Below the pieces are notes generated by a model. The model searched no databases and was not told where the DNA came from. It saw only the letters and a program-made list of their open reading frames with translations. A program made the position numbers and the translations under genes. A stretch of DNA of 58,448 nucleotides from a virus, in IMG/VR virus record IMGVR_UViG_3300029716_000017, positions 1-58,448 of that record. One strand, written 5' to 3'. Below are positions 53,026-58,448 of the stretch, piece after piece. Position 1 is the first letter of the stretch. Each line of letters opens with the position of its first letter.

Positions 53026-53415
53026 TTATCCATACATTCTATCTCCCATATATCCTGTTAATATATCAACAATTTCAAATACTTGATCGCCGTATGTAGC
53101 AACAAAGTCGCACAGCATCTCTTCCTGTTCTATCGGCATATATATGTCATACGACATGCAGACGCAATGACACAGTTCGTGTATAATCACTTTACGTAAA
53201 AATGCACCATGTAAACTTTTAGCCAAGTATATGCAGTGGGTATTCATGTCTGTTACTCCCACGCTCATAGAGCCATCTGTGCGGCTCAATAACGAGCTTT
53301 TATTGTCTACCCATACAATTTGCCATTGAATACTATTTAATTCAAAATTCAATCTATATGCCCCCTTAAAACGCAAGAGAGCGACTTTGCACTCCCTCAC
53401 GCTTATATACATCAT
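53026..53415 (-). CDS. Small HExxH metallopeptidase (ImmA/IrrE- or SprT-like)
   Basis: VIIHELCHCV motif preceded by GVTDMNTHCIYLAKSL. Confidence 0.5.
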   Translation of the reverse strand: MMYISVRECKVALLRFKGAYRLNFELNSIQWQIVWVDNKSSLLSRTDGSMSVGVTDMNTHCIYLAKSLHGAFLRKVIIHELCHCVCMSYDIYMPIEQEEMLCDFVATYGDQVFEIVDILTGYMGDRMYG

Positions 53416-53424
53416 GTGTAATTG

Positions 53425-54078
53425 TTACAGTTTTGTTACAAGTGTAGACATTTTTGATTTGAGCATCGACCGCTCTTCCGGGGTCATGCTGCCGATCACA
53501 TCTGTAATGTCCTCACTAACTCCTTTGAGGTACTTCTCAAGTTCCTGCATAGTTGTGTCTTTATCTTTATGCATTTCTTTCGCTTCGATGTATGATCTCC
53601 TCATCATGCCACTTTTGCCTTCTCTGCTGTCTCTTGTAGCAGTTGTTGGCTCTGTATAGTGCATTCTACCACTCATGCGGTCAAGGTCTCTCATTCTTTC
53701 CTGCATTGGCTTATCTTCCCATGTCCTATAATCGTCTGGCATTTGATGATAGTAAGGAGGCTCTATATATCCGCGTCTTGTTCCTCTGCCTTTCGGCGCA
53801 AATCTGCCATTAGCATAGCGGTAGTTATCATAGAATCTTCTATCTGGATAATCTTCGTACTGTTCAACCATACGCATAATGTCCTCATTATCTTCTGATT
53901 TTTCCATAGCTTCAACAATTCTGTAATCCTTGTCAAAGCAAGCTATGTTCTTCGCTATTTCTGTAAAATCTTTTAAATCGTCAAGGTTTTGCCCCTCAAA
54001 GTTATCCAATCCGATTGATTCAACCTTTGCTTTTAAGCACTCCATTATTTGTTTTGCCCATCTATGCATAATCCTCAC
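53425..54078 (-). CDS. Hypothetical charged R/D/E/Y/M-rich protein
   Basis: 217-aa ORF. Low complexity in the middle (RFYDNYRYANGRFAPKGRGTRRGYIEPPYYHQMPDDY). Confidence 0.45.
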   Translation of the reverse strand: MRIMHRWAKQIMECLKAKVESIGLDNFEGQNLDDLKDFTEIAKNIACFDKDYRIVEAMEKSEDNEDIMRMVEQYEDYPDRRFYDNYRYANGRFAPKGRGTRRGYIEPPYYHQMPDDYRTWEDKPMQERMRDLDRMSGRMHYTEPTTATRDSREGKSGMMRRSYIEAKEMHKDKDTTMQELEKYLKGVSEDITDVIGSMTPEERSMLKSKMSTLVTKL

Positions 54079-54081
54079 CCC

Positions 54082-54510
54082 CTATGCTAAACGCTCAATC
54101 GTTATATTTGCGTTTGCAACATTGACAGCCTGTGATGATGTATTCTTAACAGATACTGCCATGCAACAACCACAAGGAATCCATACGTCTGTTGCCATAG
54201 CTACATTGTTAAATTCATCAACCGCAGCTGGTGTTGATATTGCAAGCGTTGATAAGTCCGGCTCGCCCTCTATCGCTATTGCTAATGAAATTGTTCCAGC
54301 CGTTCCGCCTGTAGGCACTGCTATATTGCCGGAAAATGATACTCTATACTTGGCGCGGCGGTTATTTGTTGCACCTTTAAGATTAATAAGTCCACTACCT
54401 GTCCTATGTGTTATTATTCCTCTGTTGCACACTGACGTTGGTGTGTCGGTGAACAAGACATTCCCATTTGCGGCTACTTCCTGAGTAGCCACGTTGCTAT
54501 ATTCAGCCAT
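54082..54510 (-). CDS. Beta-rich protein resembling a BclA C-terminal / C1q-TNF-like domain
   Basis: The start is trimmed to MAEYSNV, preceded by GAGAGGT. It has the pattern NGNVLFTD...GIITH..GSGLINLKG...YRVSFSGNI...ISLAIAIEG...NVANANITIERLA and a CGCC motif. Confidence 0.4.
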   Translation of the reverse strand: MAEYSNVATQEVAANGNVLFTDTPTSVCNRGIITHRTGSGLINLKGATNNRRAKYRVSFSGNIAVPTGGTAGTISLAIAIEGEPDLSTLAISTPAAVDEFNNVAMATDVWIPCGCCMAVSVKNTSSQAVNVANANITIERLA

Positions 54511-54690
54511 TTTCTTTACCTCTCTTTCACAAAATAAGGGCAAACATATTTCAGTCTGCCCTTGGGTTAAAAAGTAATACTGCATAGCAGACATAATCAT
54601 GTTCAATCGGTTAAAACCGGTTAAATCGGTTAAAATCGAGTTCAACTCAATTAAGATACTCAATTATTCGTTTTTACGTAGCTGCTACTT

Positions 54691-55461
54691 TTAGCAGCCA
54701 CAGCCTGCATTGCAACCACATCCATAAGCATAAGCATTAGGATTAGGCACAACATAAGCTGGAATAGCTGTAGGATTTACAGAGTTGACAATCTGCTGTG
54801 TTTGTGCTGTCATTGCAGTAGTCAGAAGTGCATTCTGTCTATCCTGTGATGCGGCGAGCCTTAAGCTATTGTTTTCTGCCTGCAATGTGGCTATCTTGTC
54901 CTGAGTCAGGAAATCAAGGATGCTTCTCGTGCTGTTCTCGATAGCCTGTCTTGTCTCACAAGCCTGTGTAGCCATGTTGTAGTTGGTGTCGCAGAAACCT
55001 CTCTCAATCTGTCTCTGAGTCTCACAGCAACAAGCGGCATTCTGAGCAGCCATGTTGTTAAGGGTTGCCTGAATAGCATTTGTGTTCTGCATACCGGCTA
55101 CAGTGTCAGCGTTGATCGCCTGTTGTATGCCATAGCCTGTCTGCATGATATTTGTGTTAATGCTGTTGTTCATGGCATAAAATCCATCACAAAGTCCGTT
55201 AGAAATGCCGTCTAACTTGCTGATAACTGCTGAATTATCAAATCCTCTCTGAATATCAGCTTGTGTAGCTGCTGTTGCAACATAGCCACCGCCATTGTTG
55301 CCGCCAAAACCGCCAAATCCACCATTGCCCCATCCAAAGAGCAAGGCAAATACAACGATTATCCAAAGCCATCCGCCGTCAGCCCAACCACCATTGTTAT
55401 TGCCATTACCATCAATGTTAGCCACTAAAGGTACGCTGGCACAATTTGAGTTTGAAAACAT
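54691..55461 (-). CDS. Gly-rich TM protein with N/Q/A/T-rich repeats and a Cys-rich C-terminus
   Basis: The start is trimmed to MFSNSNC, preceded by AGGAGGT. Features are GGWADGGWLWIIVVFALLFGWGNGGFGGFGGNNGGG, repeats TQADIQRGF / TQRQIERGF / TRQAIENS, and the tail YGCGCNAGCGC. Confidence 0.5.
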   Translation of the reverse strand: MFSNSNCASVPLVANIDGNGNNNGGWADGGWLWIIVVFALLFGWGNGGFGGFGGNNGGGYVATAATQADIQRGFDNSAVISKLDGISNGLCDGFYAMNNSINTNIMQTGYGIQQAINADTVAGMQNTNAIQATLNNMAAQNAACCCETQRQIERGFCDTNYNMATQACETRQAIENSTRSILDFLTQDKIATLQAENNSLRLAASQDRQNALLTTAMTAQTQQIVNSVNPTAIPAYVVPNPNAYAYGCGCNAGCGC

Positions 55462-55531
55462 ATTGTTACCTCCTGAAAATATATTCATAAAGATGTCACC
55501 TAGGTAATTTGCAAAGACATCTAATATGCTA

Positions 55532-55762
55532 CTAATTACCAAATCTACTTTTTATCTGATTAAATACATCATCTGCATTTAATCCCTTTTCTTTGCACAA
55601 ATTTCTCGCCATTTGCTCTATACCCTGTACGTTGCCTTGTTGTGCCATATTGATAGTATTTTTCATCATAGGATTACTCATAATCTGATTATTTCCCATC
55701 ATCTGCTGTATAAACTGTTGTGGGCCAGCTTTCATCATTTGAAAAATGTTAATTGGGTTCAT
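55532..55762 (-). CDS. Small M/Q/N-rich protein
   Basis: 76 aa: MNPINIFQMMKAGPQQFIQQMMGNNQIMSNPMMKNTINMAQQGNVQG... Confidence 0.45.
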   Translation of the reverse strand: MNPINIFQMMKAGPQQFIQQMMGNNQIMSNPMMKNTINMAQQGNVQGIEQMARNLCKEKGLNADDVFNQIKSRFGN

Positions 55763-56277
55763 TCTTCGTCACCACCTTTACTTTGTGATCGCGAATTTTT
55801 TCTTTGAGAACTTGTTAGTTTGCTTTCAATTTCTTCAATTTTTGAATACAGATTATCCAATCTTGTTGTAATACCCTCTGTAACGCTTTCTGATAGGTCT
55901 ATTTTAAATTTTTCTGCATCAAAAGTATTATTTACTGCCTGTGTCGGTTTTGTGTCTCTAACAGGCTTATACACGATTGTTTCAATTTGCCCTTCTGCGT
56001 TCCATCCTTTAACATAAATCTCGGACAAATCTTGTTTAGGGAAAAAAGCAGCGGTGCCATCCATTGGAACATCATTTGCCGTTATTGCTTCTAAAGTCTG
56101 AACAACCTTACCTGTAAGTGGCTTTACTTGCGGCTGCATTACTTGTTGAGGTTGCTCTACTGGCATAGGCTGAACCTGAGATTGTGGTCTAGTTGTCCAT
56201 GGATTGTACATTTGGGGTGTATAAGCCATTTGCGGCTGACTATAAATCATATTTTGATAAGGTGTCTGTGCTATCAT
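55759..56277 (-). CDS. Protein with a Q/P/M/Y-rich N-terminus and globular C-terminal half
   Basis: The start is trimmed to MIAQTPYQNMIYSQPQMAYTPQMYNPW..., preceded by AAGGAG. Confidence 0.5.
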   Translation of the reverse strand: MIAQTPYQNMIYSQPQMAYTPQMYNPWTTRPQSQVQPMPVEQPQQVMQPQVKPLTGKVVQTLEAITANDVPMDGTAAFFPKQDLSEIYVKGWNAEGQIETIVYKPVRDTKPTQAVNNTFDAEKFKIDLSESVTEGITTRLDNLYSKIEEIESKLTSSQRKNSRSQSKGGDEE

Positions 56278-56398
56278 CCGTTTTCTCCTTTTCAAGTTCT
56301 TCGTCAATTGCGTGTATCATTGTCGATTGATATATAAGTGGCACTTTTGCCACATCTTCCCTAGAAAAAATACGTTCCAATATTTCATCGGTAATCAT
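56240..56398 (-). CDS. Small acidic hypothetical protein (52 aa, below the track cutoff)
   Basis: MITDEILERIFSREDVAKVPLIYQSTMIHAIDEELEKEK..., preceded by AGGAGGTGG. It overlaps the next gene by 38 nt. Confidence 0.3.
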   Translation of the reverse strand: MITDEILERIFSREDVAKVPLIYQSTMIHAIDEELEKEKTDDSTDTLSKYDL

Positions 56399-56428
56399 AA
56401 GCCACCTCCTATAACTCTATTTTTGCAT

Positions 56429-56462
56429 AAAAAAAGAGCGGTAACGAGTTCGTTATCCGCTC
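56429..56462 (-). terminator. Rho-independent terminator after the integrase/HTH operon
   Basis: On the minus strand: GAGCGGATAAC...GTTACCGCTC (one bulge) followed by TTTTTTT. Confidence 0.65.
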
Positions 56463-56485
56463 ATAATCAGCTCACCAAAGTGTCA

Positions 56486-56692
56486 TTATTGTATCACCCG
56501 GTTTATCTTTCGGTCTACCTGATGTGCTATCCGTTTTATTGTCGACACACTCATATTCATCAACTCGGCGCACATTTCATATGTGTATTGTTTGTTGCGC
56601 AACTCATACAGTTCTAATTCTCGCTCTGTGAAGTTGGCATTAAATCTTATGTACTCATATTCAGCCTTTATCAGCTTAGATATATCAATCAT
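56486..56692 (-). CDS. Small sigma-70 region-4 / LuxR-type HTH protein downstream of the integrase
   Basis: The start is trimmed to MIDISKL, preceded by AGGAGG. FTERELELYELRNKQYTYEMCAELMNMSVSTIKRIAHQV. Confidence 0.5.
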   Translation of the reverse strand: MIDISKLIKAEYEYIRFNANFTERELELYELRNKQYTYEMCAELMNMSVSTIKRIAHQVDRKINRVIQ

Positions 56693-56779
56693 CAATATAC
56701 CTCCTAAGTACACAATCAACATAACATATAGCCTAAAAAATAGCAATAAAAAAGACGCATAATGCATCATGTGTTAAAA

Positions 56780-56799
56780 AGAATGTAGTGTATATGCGG
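56780..56799. repeat. Left arm of a perfect 20-bp inverted repeat flanking the integrase gene
   Basis: AGAATGTAGTGTATATGCGG is the exact reverse complement of 58232..58251. Confidence 0.95.
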
Positions 56800-56842
56800 T
56801 ATAGCACCACCTCAATGCCATAGGAACTGTATTATGTAGGTG

Positions 56843-58204
56843 CTAAAAGTTTTTTAACTGAATTTCTATATCGTCCTTGCCTACAATCACTTTATCAATT
56901 ATAGTTTTGAGTATAGAGTTTTTTTGAGACTTGCTGATACCATCCCAGATGTCGGCAAGTTTTTTTATATTCTCATAGACAAATTCTTTTTTCTGCTCAT
57001 GCTGGCCATTTTTTCTTTCAGTTGAAATCTTTTCGGTAGTCTCTCTGATCTCAGTCTCCAAAGTCTTAATCATATCCAAAACCATGTCGTTTCCCTCTGC
57101 ATACAGGGTGTATAACCGTTTTAGCTTTGCTTTTTGTTTTTCAAGCTGGTTAGTCAGTATTTGCAACTTTGTTTCTTTTGCCTTTGGCTTGTATTGTGAT
57201 AGATTTATTGAGATGTCAAGTATTTCATGCTCAAATGCTTTTTCAATATCGCTTGCCCATGCTCCGGGGTTGTCGCAATCTGCATTGTAGTTCGGCAAGT
57301 AGTCCAAGTATTTGTCGTGTGAGCAACAATATATCTTGTGAATCCCCATGCCGGTTATCTTCTGGTATCGCATCTTGCAACCACAGGTTTTGCAATAACA
57401 CAAACCTGTAAGCAAATGTGGCTCGGTAAAACTGTATACATGTTGTTTACGTCTACTTTTTCTCAACTCCTGAGCAAGATAAAATTTGTCACGCTCAAAT
57501 ATCGGCTCATGCAATCCTTTATATGTGCCGCCCTTGTATGGGATATAACCGATATTAACAACCCCTGTGAGGATATTTCTCACAACAAATTCACTCTTAT
57601 AGCCAAGTAGTCTCTGAATTTTTACGTCGGACATACCGTCAATAAACAAATCCATAGCTCTATTAGCCTGTTCGGCACGTTCTGGAATCGGTACAAGATA
57701 GCCAAGGTTTTTATCATATCGGTAACAGTATGGTGTATTGCCGCCGCCCATCCAGTAGCCATTTTTAACTCTCTCCAGCATACCGCCGCGCATTCTCAGC
57801 AACATTGTGTTTCTATCGTATTCGGCAACTGCCGCCATAATATGTGTTTGAAACTTGTCTTGCGGTGTTTCATACCTGGCAAAATCGTGTACGCTATTAA
57901 CTCTGACACCTTTCGGTGTAAAGAGTTTTTCAATCATGTATAATGCATCTACTGAATCCCTTGCTAGCCTGTCCAGCTTATATACTACTATGTTGTTTAT
58001 TTTCGATATGTCCGATATAAGCCGTTGCAGTTCAACACGCTTGCTCATGTCCATCCCAGATAGTCCAGCATCAATATACCAATCAGTGATTAGCATTTCA
58101 TTTTTCTTACAATATTCTTCGATATCTCTTTTTTGACTTTCAAGGCCGTAACCCTCTTCAACCTGTCTTTCTGTTGACACTCTTATATATGCCACACATT
58201 CCAT
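56843..58204 (-). CDS. Large serine recombinase (integrase)
   Basis: The N-terminal resolvase domain is MECVAYIRVSTERQ...YKLDRLARD, followed by a recombinase domain, a Cys-rich zinc-ribbon region (CYCKTCGC...CC) and a coiled-coil. AGGAGG lies 9 nt before the ATG. Confidence 0.9.
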   Translation of the reverse strand: MECVAYIRVSTERQVEEGYGLESQKRDIEEYCKKNEMLITDWYIDAGLSGMDMSKRVELQRLISDISKINNIVVYKLDRLARDSVDALYMIEKLFTPKGVRVNSVHDFARYETPQDKFQTHIMAAVAEYDRNTMLLRMRGGMLERVKNGYWMGGGNTPYCYRYDKNLGYLVPIPERAEQANRAMDLFIDGMSDVKIQRLLGYKSEFVVRNILTGVVNIGYIPYKGGTYKGLHEPIFERDKFYLAQELRKSRRKQHVYSFTEPHLLTGLCYCKTCGCKMRYQKITGMGIHKIYCCSHDKYLDYLPNYNADCDNPGAWASDIEKAFEHEILDISINLSQYKPKAKETKLQILTNQLEKQKAKLKRLYTLYAEGNDMVLDMIKTLETEIRETTEKISTERKNGQHEQKKEFVYENIKKLADIWDGISKSQKNSILKTIIDKVIVGKDDIEIQLKNF

Positions 58205-58231
58205 TTCTATTATCCTCCTACGTAAAATGTG

Positions 58232-58251
58232 CCGCATATACACTACATTCT
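58232..58251. repeat. Right arm of the perfect 20-bp inverted repeat flanking the integrase gene
   Basis: CCGCATATACACTACATTCT. It is embedded in a local palindrome at 58226..58261. Confidence 0.95.
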
Positions 58252-58258
58252 ACGGCAC

Positions 58259-58287
58259 ATTCTACTTGTCATTTATTTACTTGTCAA
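58259..58287 (-). promoter_or_regulatory. Near-consensus sigma-70 promoter reading into the integrase gene
   Basis: On the minus strand: TTGACA (58282..58287), the 17-nt spacer AGTAAATAAATGACAAG, then TAGAAT (58259..58264). It lies just outside the right IR arm. Confidence 0.6.
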
Positions 58288-58349
58288 CCAATCATGCTAG
58301 CTATTGTTCTTGCCACATCATCAGGCAAAACAATATCAGCAATATTCAC

Positions 58350-58448
58350 TTTTTTACCACTTTGCGTAACCACAACATTCATCTGTTTTTCCTCCGATAC
58401 TCCGCCTTTGCCTTTAAACTTCTGTCTATCAGATACTTGTCAACCGCT
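58350..58448. repeat. Terminal direct repeat copy 2 (identical to 1..99)
   Basis: Exact 99-nt match to the window start. Confidence 0.95.

Noticed and set aside
53930-54484. 184-aa plus-strand ORF in the accessory cluster.
   Set aside because: It is antisense to two minus-strand genes that have good RBSs. It has a hydrophobic shadow-ORF composition.

Overview
This window is a complete, circularly closed genome of a temperate tailed phage or prophage. Bases 1..99 are identical to 58350..58448, so the unit length is 58,349 bp. The structural module looks siphovirus-like, and the gene content points to a low-GC Gram-positive (Bacillota-type) host: GH25 lysin with Cpl-7-like repeats, XkdX-, YopX- and G39P-like proteins. 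Almost all genes are on the minus strand.

Following minus-strand transcription, the modules are:
- Immunity switch: cI-like gene on plus, cro-like gene and Bro-N antirepressor on minus (about 17.9-19.4 kb).
- Early recombination and replication module (about 17.6 to 0.2 kb): Rad50/SbcC-like ATPase, a diversity-generating retroelement (DGR), RecT-like protein, MBL-fold hydrolase, SSB, YopX, GIY-YIG protein, a disrupted multispecific C5 methyltransferase, DnaD-like replisome organizer and G39P-like protein.
- Across the circular junction: a large serine integrase and a small sigma-region-4-like HTH gene.
- An accessory cluster of low-complexity and Cys-rich proteins (56.4-53.0 kb).
- A GC-richer island of small plus-strand genes (49.3-52.3 kb).
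- Late region (49.0 to 20.3 kb): candidate terS, MazG, three tRNAs, terL, endolysin, portal, fibre-like module, scaffold, capsid, connectors with an embedded holin, major tail, chaperones with a -1 frameshift site, tape measure and distal tail/fibre genes.

Most noteworthy observations:
1. A DGR with reverse transcriptase, Avd, one (AAC)-rich template repeat and two adenine-mutated variable repeats in tandem paralogous target genes. It sits in the early recombination module rather than the tail module, and one variable repeat is a codon longer than the template.
2. A (GAGCA)x12 pentanucleotide repeat inside the C5 methyltransferase gene (candidate phase variation). The gene is frame-broken further downstream.
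3. A perfect 20-bp inverted repeat precisely flanking the serine integrase gene, with a near-consensus promoter just outside it (candidate self-inverting switch or att-related sites).
4. A six-copy 11-mer array overlapping two promoters around a small RHH-like gene.
5. An integrase-proximal cluster of Q/N/M-rich, Gly/Cys-rich and C1q/BclA-C-terminal-like proteins.

All product calls come from motif recognition by eye. No database search, folding or alignment software was run.
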